Origin: an uncultured Methylococcaceae bacterium | GTDB lineage: Bacteria; Pseudomonadota; Gammaproteobacteria; Methylococcales; Methylomonadaceae | Assembly: GCA_903863905.1 (NCBI GenBank) | Contig: CAIPDT010000032.1 | Location: 27,481-91,480, forward strand | Reading direction: 5' to 3' | DNA: 64,000 bases | In this document: positions 1 to 8,666 of the stretch, piece by piece | Numbering within the stretch: position 1 is the first letter of the stretch | How the letters are laid out: every line of letters begins with the position of its first letter | Made by a program: the position numbers and the translations under genes | The notes under the pieces: model-generated | The model's database searches: none | Told to the model about the DNA's origin: nothing | The model's input: the letters and a program-made list of their open reading frames with translations, nothing else

Positions 1-285
1 GATATGGAATGTTTAGTACAAAGCGTACATCACGGTGAACTATTAGATGAAAACTGGCCAGCTATTTTTAGTCGCCGCCATGTTAAATCAGAAGACCTAA
101 ACCCAGAAGAACTGGCTTCAATGTGGCAAGGTCACCTTGACGATGAGTTTGCCGAACAATCTATTATCGGCACAACGGCCGTAGCGCTTAAATTACTCGG
201 CAAAGCAGACACCCAAACAGACGCCTACAAACTGGCGCAACAGTATTGGTTAAACCGAGATAAACTGAAATACGGGCCCCGTTAA
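1..285 (+). CDS. C-terminal fragment of a glycosyltransferase family 3 / YbiB-like protein (gene begins upstream of the window)
   Basis: Frame is open from base 1. WPAIFSRRHVK...MWQGHLDDEFAEQSIIGTTAVAL resembles the C-terminus of YbiB-type TrpD-like proteins. Confidence 0.6.
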   Translation, partial: DMECLVQSVHHGELLDENWPAIFSRRHVKSEDLNPEELASMWQGHLDDEFAEQSIIGTTAVALKLLGKADTQTDAYKLAQQYWLNRDKLKYGPR

Positions 286-1022
286 GCGGCTTTTTTTTGT
301 AAGAGCACCGCCAAGCCACGCAAGACTAAATCGGTATCTAGCGTGGCGTTAACGGAAAGGTGTGGCACAATATGCTCGGCATCACCACCCGTTAAAATTA
401 ATGGCGTGGCTTCAGCTTGAGTATTTAACACCTGTGTAATTAAACCCACCGCTGCAAACAAAGTACCATTATGAATAGCGGCGGCAGTAAAGTTACTTAA
501 ACCCGTTTCATACGTCTCGTTATCAAACGCTAAATTCGCCGTTCCTTGCGCTAACGATTGCCTCATTAACCTTAAACCCGGACTAATCAGCCCACCTTGA
601 TGTTGACCTTGCTCATTCATTAAATCTACCGTAATGGCGGTTCCACAATCAACAATACAGGCAGGCCCTGGATAATAATGATGGGTAGCGACTAAAGCCA
701 ACCACCGATCCACACCTAACTTTTCTGGCTGTTGATACGCATTGCAAACACCAAACGCTTGCGCTTCAGAACGAGCAACAATAAGAGGCACCTCTGGCCA
801 TAAAACTGTCGCCACTGTTTGCACCCAAGCCAAAATAGCCGTTGCACTTACACTCGAATAAGCAATCTGTTCGGGTCGTTCTAACTCCGACCACGCCGAC
901 CTTAAAGACGCTTCAGACAATTGCTCATTAAACACAGAATGCTTCGTCAGTTGGCCGAACTCATCCACCGTGGCCCATTTAAAACAGGTATTCCCACTAT
1001 CAATTAATAAATTAATGGTCAT
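282..1022 (-). CDS. coaX: Type III pantothenate kinase
   Basis: Motifs LLIDSGNT, LGVDRW, VDCGTAITVD, GGLISPG. Overlaps birA by 4 nt, the conserved birA-coaX pair. Confidence 0.95.
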   Translation of the reverse strand: MTINLLIDSGNTCFKWATVDEFGQLTKHSVFNEQLSEASLRSAWSELERPEQIAYSSVSATAILAWVQTVATVLWPEVPLIVARSEAQAFGVCNAYQQPEKLGVDRWLALVATHHYYPGPACIVDCGTAITVDLMNEQGQHQGGLISPGLRLMRQSLAQGTANLAFDNETYETGLSNFTAAAIHNGTLFAAVGLITQVLNTQAEATPLILTGGDAEHIVPHLSVNATLDTDLVLRGLAVLLQKKAA

Positions 1023-2014
1023 GAGGCACTAAAACTCACTTCACCCGAGGCATACGCTTGAATGGTTCCCTCTCGTTTCTTAAGTAATAACAAGCCTTGC
1101 TGATCAATACCCATGACCGTACCTTGTATCTGTTGCTGACCAATATATAAGGTAGCCGACTGGTCTTTTAAACAATCATACTGCCGCCACTCTTCGATAT
1201 AAGCCGCAATGCCCGTGGTTTCATAGGTCATGAGCACCGTGAGTAATTGCTTAAGAAGTTGACCTGCTAACTCATTTCGAGGTAATGCCTTTCCACCTAG
1301 CAGTTTTGTTAAATCTGTCCACGCTTGGGTAATGGCATGAGCCTGCGTTTCCGGTAAGAATAAATTCAAACCTAAACCAATGACAGCGGCACACGGGCCA
1401 TCGGACTCGCCAGAGACCTCAATTAAAATACCGCCTAGCTTCTTACCTTGACAATAAATATCATTCGGCCATTTTAAGCCAGCTTCACTAAAACCCTGTG
1501 CGCGTAAAGCTCTGATGACTGCAACCCCAATGGCTAAACTTAAACCCGCTGTGCTGGCCATACCGCCTTGTTGAAAGCGCCAAAGGATGGATAGATATAA
1601 GTTACTGCCATAAGGCGACACCCATTGCCGACCGCGACGTCCTTTACCGGCTGTTTGATGTTCCGCAAAACACACAAAACCCGAGAGTGCGCCTTGCTGA
1701 GAGGCTTCCACTAAATACGTATTCGTAGAAGGAAGGGTGTCATGAATCTCTAAAACCGATATGGCCGCTTGCTGTGCTGGCGTCAGTTCTGCATTAATTT
1801 GAGTGTTATCCAATAACTCTAACGGCCTATCTAAACGATAACCTTTGCCACTGACCGCCGCATGTTGCAAGCCTAATACTGATAAGCCATTTAATTGCTT
1901 ACAAATAGCCGAACGACTGACACCCAAAAGCTCCGCTAACTCTGTACCCGAATGAAACTCACCATCCGCGAGTAGCTTGAGTATTTTTTTTTGTTTATCT
2001 GAAATTAACACCAT
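1019..2014 (-). CDS. birA: Bifunctional biotin operon repressor / biotin-protein ligase
   Basis: N-terminal HTH (HSGTELAELLGVSRSAI), QTAGKGRRGRQW, LKWPND, KKLGGILIE. Confidence 0.97.
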   Translation of the reverse strand: MVLISDKQKKILKLLADGEFHSGTELAELLGVSRSAICKQLNGLSVLGLQHAAVSGKGYRLDRPLELLDNTQINAELTPAQQAAISVLEIHDTLPSTNTYLVEASQQGALSGFVCFAEHQTAGKGRRGRQWVSPYGSNLYLSILWRFQQGGMASTAGLSLAIGVAVIRALRAQGFSEAGLKWPNDIYCQGKKLGGILIEVSGESDGPCAAVIGLGLNLFLPETQAHAITQAWTDLTKLLGGKALPRNELAGQLLKQLLTVLMTYETTGIAAYIEEWRQYDCLKDQSATLYIGQQQIQGTVMGIDQQGLLLLKKREGTIQAYASGEVSFSAS

Positions 2015-2124
2015 TCTTTTAGAGCCATTAAAGTAAAAATCAATTGAATAATCTTATCTTAATAAGATATAAAGTTGATATTAATAAAGTCTGTAAAGGA
2101 TATCATAAATGAGGATGGAACCAA

Positions 2125-2150
2125 TAAGCCCTAACTCTCGTTAAGGCTTA
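2125..2150. terminator. Imperfect inverted repeat just downstream of the SPFH gene
   Basis: TAAGCC(C)TAAC-TCTC-GTTA(A)GGCTTA, 8 nt past the stop codon at 2158. Confidence 0.45.
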
Positions 2151-2157
2151 GCTTTTA

Positions 2158-2931
2158 TTAGCTTTTGCTCGTATCATTCCTAATGGTTGAAATGGCCTCT
2201 TGTACCGTGGTCATAAACTGGGCAGGGAAAATGATAGTTGAGTTTTTCTCAGTAGCAATCTCGGCCATAGTTTGCAGGGTACGAAGTTGCAGGGCAACGG
2301 GATGTAAGGCAATAATATCGGCCGCCTCCCCTAACTTAACGGCGGCTTGAAACTCACCTTCTGCGGCGACAATTTTAGCGCGACGTTCTCGCTCTGCTTC
2401 AGCTTCTTTAGCCATCGCCCGTTGCATATTATCGGGCAGGGTAATATCTTTTATCTCTACCGCCGTCACTTCTGCCCCCCACGGTTCAGTATGTCCATCA
2501 ATCACCGTTTTAATCTGTAAATTAATGTTGCTAGTTTGTGATAATAATTGATCTAAAGAAAACTGACCGACCACATTACGCACGGTAGTTTGGCTAATTT
2601 GATTCACAGCGCTGGTGATATCTTCAATGGCAATCACAGATTTCTGTGGATCTATAATTTTATAATAAGCCACTGCTGCAATATCAATGGAGACATTATC
2701 TTTAGTAATGATTTTTTGTGACGGAATATTCATGGTGATGGTACGCAAAGTGACTTGCGTCATCTGCTCTAAAATCGGAATCAGAATAATAAGACCCGGA
2801 CCTCGAATTCCGGTCACTTTTCCCAGAAAAAAAATAACCCCTCTATCATACTCTTTCACAATTCGAAGAGAGGTAAACGCTAAAAACACCAACACTGCGA
2901 TGACAATATAAATTAATTCGACCGGAAACAT
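2158..2931 (-). CDS. SPFH / band-7 stomatin-like (slipin) membrane protein
   Basis: One N-terminal TM helix, [53 protein letters not shown]. Confidence 0.92.
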   Translation of the reverse strand: MFPVELIYIVIAVLVFLAFTSLRIVKEYDRGVIFFLGKVTGIRGPGLIILIPILEQMTQVTLRTITMNIPSQKIITKDNVSIDIAAVAYYKIIDPQKSVIAIEDITSAVNQISQTTVRNVVGQFSLDQLLSQTSNINLQIKTVIDGHTEPWGAEVTAVEIKDITLPDNMQRAMAKEAEAERERRAKIVAAEGEFQAAVKLGEAADIIALHPVALQLRTLQTMAEIATEKNSTIIFPAQFMTTVQEAISTIRNDTSKS

Positions 2932-3082
2932 AATGATATCCTTTTTGATTAACTAACGAAAACGATACTAACGCTTGAGTATGGCCGCCATTAGTCATTA
3001 CGTCAAGATATTATGAATATTGAGCACTTCAAACCGCGCCTGACAGAAAATAAGATGCGCCATTCACAGCATCTCCTTATGT

Positions 3083-3545
3083 ATCGAACGTCCTAACCTT
3101 TATTCAGCTTTACAAAGATGCACATCGAACGTCCTAACCTTTATTCAGCTTTACAAAGATGCACTCGGCTTTACAAAGATGCACTCGGCTTCGCAAAGTT
3201 GGACAGGCGCTATAACAACCTGCACTCGTGCTGTGCAACAATGCAAAATCCGCAATAAAAATTTTAAACCGCGTGTAAAAGTTTACACAGCCGAGGTACA
3301 GGCCTGCACTCCTCGAATACAAACTTGCATCATTGAATTAAAGTCTGAAATCATCTTTTTCATCAATAAAAAGCCTCGATAAAAAATTTTATACCGCGAG
3401 TGCAACTTTGCACAGCCGAGGTACAGACCTGCACACCACCAGTACGACTTTGCATAACCGAAGTGCAACTTATAATTCATCGAGTAAAACTTTGTATAAC
3501 CGAAGTGCAGCTTATAATTCATCGAGCAAAACTTGGAACGCCGAG
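3083..3545. repeat. Intergenic degenerate tandem-repeat tract with about 20/21-nt periodicity
   Basis: Exact 41-nt duplication (3083-3123, 3124-3164), exact 20-nt duplication (3149-3188), degenerate 21-nt units at 3191-3330 and 3384-3545, and a near-exact 42-nt duplication (3447-3488, 3489-3530). Confidence 0.85.
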
Positions 3546-3785
3546 AAAACATTTGTACTGCTCAAATAAAACGTTTAACAGCCGACATATCGATCGACAC
3601 TTAACCAATTTCGCTAAATAAACATGATTAATAGCTCCTACAGAAAATCTAGATAGGTTTATTAACTTAAAAAGGACTACAATCCCTTTAATCCACTTAA
3701 CAGCCAGAATCTTCTCCTTAAGAACTTTAACCAACTGACTATTAAGCGTTCAATCCATTGATTACTCTTCCCTTAAGGAATCATC

Positions 3786-6200
3786 ATGTCCACTCAAAAT
3801 AATTATATTCGCTGGTTCAATGAACTTAACTTAGACGATGTACCTTTGGTCGGCGGAAAAAATGCCTCCTTAGGTGAAATGTATCAAGCCCTCTCTCCTC
3901 AAGGCATTCAAATACCGAATGGCTTTGCTGTGACTGCCGAAGGTTATCGTTACCTCTTAGATCAAGCCCAAGCGTGGGGCCCTTTACATTCCGCATTGGA
4001 TACCCTAAAACCAGATGACGTCGCAGACCTTGCTAAACGGGCCCGTATTGCTAGAGATATTATTTATGCGGCCCCTTTTCCTGACGATCTTAAATCCCAA
4101 ATCATTAACGCTTACGCCCAATTACAACAACAATACGGTGATGAACTCAGTGTCGCAGTCAGAAGCTCTGCCACTGCAGAAGATTTACCCACCGCCAGTT
4201 TTGCAGGGCAACAAGATACCTTTTTAAATATACGCGGCGAACTAGCCTTGTTAGAAGCCTGTAAACGTTGCTTTGCCAGTTTATTTACCGATCGCGCCAT
4301 TCATTATCGAATTGACCAAGGCTTTGATCATTTTAAAATTGCCCTTTCGATCGGTATTATGAAAATGGTTCGCTCTGACATAGCCACCAGTGGCGTCATG
4401 TTTTCTCTTGATACTGAGTCTGGCTTTGATGAGGTGGTGTTTATTACCGGCGCCTACGGTCTAGGAGAAAATGTCGTCCAAGGCGCGGTTGATCCTGATG
4501 AGTTTTATGTCCATAAACCCACTTTTAACTTAGGTCATCGGGCTGTATTAAAACGCAGTCTCGGTTCTAAAAAGATAAAAATGATTTACAGTGCCGGTCG
4601 AAATCATGAACCGACCCGTAATATTGCCACGTCAGTTCAAGAACGGCAACGCTTTTGCCTCACTGACGAAGACGTGTTAACCCTGGCTGATTACGCTATT
4701 AAAATTGAAAGCCATTACACCGCCTTAGCGGGTCACGCTAAACCGATGGATATGGAATGGGCGAAAGACGGTCTGGATGGCACTTTATATATTGTACAAG
4801 CAAGGCCAGAGACGGTAGTTTCACAATTAAATGGTTTAATGCTTGAACAATATCACCTTAAAGAACGTGCACCCGTGCTAGTGACCGGCCACGCCGTTGG
4901 TAATAAAATTGCCACGGGCACCGCTCGCATTATTAATAATCTCAGTGAACTAAATACCTTTAAAGCGGGAGATGTATTAGTTGCCGACCTGACCACGCCT
5001 GATTGGGAACCGGTGATGAAGATTGCCTCCGCTATTATCACCAACCGAGGGGGGCGTACCTGTCATGCCGCCATTATCTCTCGTGAACTGGGTGTGCCTG
5101 CAGTGATTGGTTGTGAAAATGCCACCACGTTAATCAAAAATAATAGTCTTATTACGGTGTCGTGCGCTGAAGGTGATAAAGGGAATGTCTATGCGGGCCA
5201 CCTTGATTTTGACATTACCATGACTGACTTAGCGGGTTTAAAGCGCCCTAAAACTAAAATCATGCTGAATCTTGGCAATCCAGAATTGGCTTTTAAAACT
5301 CAATTTTTACCCAATGATGGGGTGGGCTTAGCCCGCATGGAATTTATTATCACTGAATATATTAAAGCCCACCCCATGGCTTTATTACATCCAGAAAAAG
5401 TGCAAGATGTGCACGAACGTCAACAACTGGCCGAGTTAACTCAACAATTTAAACACCCCGAAGACTTCTTTATTCAACGACTCTCAGAAGGTGTGGCTAC
5501 TATTGCCGCCGCCTTTTATCCAAAACCCGTTGTGGTTCGCATGTCTGATTTTAAAACCAATGAATACGCCACGTTATTAGGGGGACGTTGGTTTGAATTT
5601 GAAGAAGCCAATCCCATGATTGGTTTTAGAGGGGCATCTCGCTACATACACCCGGCTTATGCCGAAGGTTTTGCCTTAGAATGTGCCGCCATGAAACGGG
5701 TCCGCAATGACATGGGCCTTAATAATGTGATCTTAATGATCCCGTTTTGTAGACGCGTTCAAGAAGCACAAAAAGTACTGGCTTATATGGCAGAACTGGG
5801 CTTAACACGTGGCGAAAACGGTTTAGAGATTTATGTGATGTGTGAAATCCCTAATAACGTCATTCAAATAGACGCCTTTTCTGAACATTTTGATGGTTTT
5901 TCTATCGGATCTAATGATTTAACCCAATTAACCTTAGGTGTAGATCGTGATTCAGCCATTCTAGCTGATGATTTTGATGAGAGGGATGCGGGTGTTAAAG
6001 AAATGATTCGCTTAGCCGTTGAAGGCTCAAAACGGAATCATAAACATTGTGGCTTATGTGGCCAGGCGCCCTCAGATTACCCTGAAATGGCAGAATATTT
6101 AGTGGAGATCGGCATTGATTCGATGAGTTTAAATCCAGATACAGTCCTAGAAACAACTCAACATGTACTGGCGACTGAAAAAAGACTGGGGCGGCTTTAA
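3786..6200 (+). CDS. ppsA: Phosphoenolpyruvate synthase (pyruvate, water dikinase)
   Basis: VGGKNASLGEM, AVRSSATAEDL, phospho-His motif GGRTCHAAII, C-terminal FSIGSNDLTQ. Confidence 0.98.
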   Translation: MSTQNNYIRWFNELNLDDVPLVGGKNASLGEMYQALSPQGIQIPNGFAVTAEGYRYLLDQAQAWGPLHSALDTLKPDDVADLAKRARIARDIIYAAPFPDDLKSQIINAYAQLQQQYGDELSVAVRSSATAEDLPTASFAGQQDTFLNIRGELALLEACKRCFASLFTDRAIHYRIDQGFDHFKIALSIGIMKMVRSDIATSGVMFSLDTESGFDEVVFITGAYGLGENVVQGAVDPDEFYVHKPTFNLGHRAVLKRSLGSKKIKMIYSAGRNHEPTRNIATSVQERQRFCLTDEDVLTLADYAIKIESHYTALAGHAKPMDMEWAKDGLDGTLYIVQARPETVVSQLNGLMLEQYHLKERAPVLVTGHAVGNKIATGTARIINNLSELNTFKAGDVLVADLTTPDWEPVMKIASAIITNRGGRTCHAAIISRELGVPAVIGCENATTLIKNNSLITVSCAEGDKGNVYAGHLDFDITMTDLAGLKRPKTKIMLNLGNPELAFKTQFLPNDGVGLARMEFIITEYIKAHPMALLHPEKVQDVHERQQLAELTQQFKHPEDFFIQRLSEGVATIAAAFYPKPVVVRMSDFKTNEYATLLGGRWFEFEEANPMIGFRGASRYIHPAYAEGFALECAAMKRVRNDMGLNNVILMIPFCRRVQEAQKVLAYMAELGLTRGENGLEIYVMCEIPNNVIQIDAFSEHFDGFSIGSNDLTQLTLGVDRDSAILADDFDERDAGVKEMIRLAVEGSKRNHKHCGLCGQAPSDYPEMAEYLVEIGIDSMSLNPDTVLETTQHVLATEKRLGRL

Positions 6201-6214
6201 TCGTCTAAGCAGGA

Positions 6215-6260
6215 CTGAGTGCGCTCTTCTTTCTCCTGATAAAGAATTAGAGCCACTCAG
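6215..6260. terminator. Long imperfect hairpin between convergent ppsA and the response regulator
   Basis: CTGAGTG...CACTCAG, GCTCT...AGAGC and TCTTT...AAAGA form nested complementary arms. Confidence 0.5.
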
Positions 6261-6432
6261 CCATTAACACAGCTTAACGATTTAACATCAGATCAAAAAT
6301 AAATTGACCCACAATGATCATAACCGCCATAAAACCAATTCGATTGATAATGACAATTAAAACGGGCTTATAAAAAGCCATTACTTTCACAACTGGATGT
6401 GAATTATTCATTAAAGACAGCCTCATAAACGG

Positions 6433-7107
6433 TTAATCTTTTTTGACTAAACTAATAACCTTAACCAACTCTACGACTTTGACAACGCCCAGTTTTTCAA
6501 AGGCATGTTGCCGATGCAACTTAACCGTTCGTAAAGCAATATCTAATTCTTCAGCAATTTCTCGATTAATTTTACCCAACAACACCCGGTCAATTATTTC
6601 CGCTTCACGCGTTGTTAACAAGGCGTAACGTTCATTAGCATTGGACACTTCCCTCGCTTCTTGTTGAGTTTGACAACTTTTAATCATTGCGTCACTAATA
6701 ACACTTAACAAATCATCGGCATCAAATGGCTTGATTAAAAAATCAATCGCCCCTTTTCTTAAGCCTTCAACGGCTTCAAGTGCACCACTGTTACCACTCA
6801 TTAAAATTAACGGTGGATTACCTTTTTCAATTAATACCCGTTGTAACTCTAAACCGTCAATACCGGGTAATTTAACATCACTTAATACACACCAAGGTCC
6901 TGGAAAGGGCAAAGGTCTTTCTGCATCGTAGTCTAAATAAGACTCAGCGGATAAGTAACTCTCACAATAATAACCTTCCATTTCAAACAAAGGTACTAAA
7001 GCAGAGAGGATTTCTGGATAGTCATCAATTAAAACGATGCGACCACGCAAGCAACTCAACGCCATTTTATGTTCTTCTAGTGTAACGGGCACTCTTGTTC
7101 TACTCAT
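6433..7107 (-). CDS. FixJ/NarL-type response regulator (REC + LuxR HTH)
   Basis: IVLIDD, phospho-Asp in LSDVKLPGIDG, DFLIKPF, and LTTREAEI...NREIAEELDIALRTVKLHR. Confidence 0.92.
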   Translation of the reverse strand: MSRTRVPVTLEEHKMALSCLRGRIVLIDDYPEILSALVPLFEMEGYYCESYLSAESYLDYDAERPLPFPGPWCVLSDVKLPGIDGLELQRVLIEKGNPPLILMSGNSGALEAVEGLRKGAIDFLIKPFDADDLLSVISDAMIKSCQTQQEAREVSNANERYALLTTREAEIIDRVLLGKINREIAEELDIALRTVKLHRQHAFEKLGVVKVVELVKVISLVKKD

Positions 7108-7375
7108 TCATTTCGCCTTATTTTTACCTAGATCAATTCAAATAATAGCCGGTGACACAGGCATCAACTCTATAAGATGATTTAAGGTTATTAAAATATG
7201 CACTTTAATGATCTAATACACATTATATTTCTGTTAATGGTTCATTAAACATCACACAAAACTATTTAACTTAACTTTGTAGACGTATTTATACTTAACA
7301 GTTTAAATACTATTAACATTTAAACAACTACCCCAAAGGGCAAGGCAACAAAAAATTATTTTTTTAGACATTAAA

Positions 7376-8230
7376 TTACTGGTTTAATAAAGCCTGAAAC
7401 GCGTCTATAGGCAAAGGTTTAGAAAATAAATATCCCTGAAAACTATGACACCCAATCTCACGTAAGTAATCAAATTGCGCTTTAGTTTCTACACCTTCAG
7501 CAAGGACTTCAAAATGATAACTTTTAGATAATGCCACAATAGCTTTAACCAGGCCTGCATCTTTGTGACTCGTAGCAATATTAACAATAAAACTTTGATC
7601 TATTTTGATTTCATCAAAGGGCATGGTTTTTAAATAAACTAAAGATGAATAACCGGTCCCAAAATCATCTAACGATAATTTAATCTGGTAGTTATCTTTT
7701 AGATAATGCATTTTTTGTGTTACGCAGCCTACATCAGCGACCTGAATACTTTCGGTTAATTCTAAAGTGAGTTTGCTGGCATCAATAGGATATTTTTTTA
7801 ATAATGCGGTTATTGTGGAAATAAAGTCAGGCATACCATATTGTTTTGCAGTCACATTCACTGAAAGAGTCAGATGCTTAGTAGAATCACACTGCCCCCA
7901 CTCAAGCAGTTGTTTAAAAGCCATTTCTAATAAATGATTACCCAGCTCTACGATTAATAAAGACTGTTCCGCGATAGGAATAAACTCAAGGGGTGAAAGT
8001 AAACCGAGCTCAGGATGATTCCATCTCACCAAAGCTTCTGCACTGATCGGTTTACGATCATGATCCACTTGTATTTGGTAATAAAATTCTAATTGATTCT
8101 GCTCAATGCCGCCCTGTAAGTCACTCTCAATTCGAGTTTTTCTAATACTTCGCTCAAAATAATATTTATCATAACAAAGCGCACTATGACCGAGTATAGA
8201 CGTCGCACGAATCAAAGAAATATCCAGCAT
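7376..8230 (-). CDS. Stand-alone EAL c-di-GMP phosphodiesterase
   Basis: EALVRW, LSVNV, LELTES, DDFGTGYSS, KIDQSF, AEGVET and QGYLFSKP are all intact. Confidence 0.92.
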   Translation of the reverse strand: MLDISLIRATSILGHSALCYDKYYFERSIRKTRIESDLQGGIEQNQLEFYYQIQVDHDRKPISAEALVRWNHPELGLLSPLEFIPIAEQSLLIVELGNHLLEMAFKQLLEWGQCDSTKHLTLSVNVTAKQYGMPDFISTITALLKKYPIDASKLTLELTESIQVADVGCVTQKMHYLKDNYQIKLSLDDFGTGYSSLVYLKTMPFDEIKIDQSFIVNIATSHKDAGLVKAIVALSKSYHFEVLAEGVETKAQFDYLREIGCHSFQGYLFSKPLPIDAFQALLNQ

Positions 8231-8242
8231 CTTAAGTCAAGC

Positions 8243-8461
8243 TTAAAAAGGTTTATGAACTAAACGTAACCATGAGGTTCTTAAGTTCTTAAAGAGTGCT
8301 TGTAAATACACACGCCAAAGCAAAGATAATTTTTGATCATTAAAATCTTTAGTGGCTAGTAAACTGTCATGAACTCTATTTCTTGGCGCATAGTGAGCCG
8401 ATGTTTTTTTGATAAGATCGAAATCATTTATTTCAATTCGTGTTGTTTTTTCTATAGACAT
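8243..8461 (-). CDS. Small hypothetical protein (72 aa) in frame with the downstream EAL gene
   Basis: ATG preceded by AAGGTGGGA. No recognisable domain. Confidence 0.45.
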   Translation of the reverse strand: MSIEKTTRIEINDFDLIKKTSAHYAPRNRVHDSLLATKDFNDQKLSLLWRVYLQALFKNLRTSWLRLVHKPF

Positions 8462-8666
8462 AATTGCATCCCACCTTAAAGCTATTTATAACAAGATGGG
8501 AGCATTGTAGGTACTCTAAAAAATAAAACAATCACCCCTAAGGGCAACAAACCTAAAATAAATCAATTTTATTAATGTTATTTTAAATACGTTAACATTC
8601 TAATTCAGAAACTTAATGTTCTTTCAGGCTGAATAAGCTCTAATTATGGATAACCTATCATTAACA

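Noticed and set aside
3134-3734. Five short ORFs in the SPFH-ppsA intergenic region
   Set aside because: They are mutually overlapping on both strands, derive from the repeat tract, and have no recognisable domains.
7320-8660. c-di-GMP-I riboswitch near the EAL gene, prompted by GGGCAA and AAACC words
   Set aside because: The GNRA/tetraloop-receptor architecture and the GCAAA…GGCCTAA core could not be assembled on either strand.
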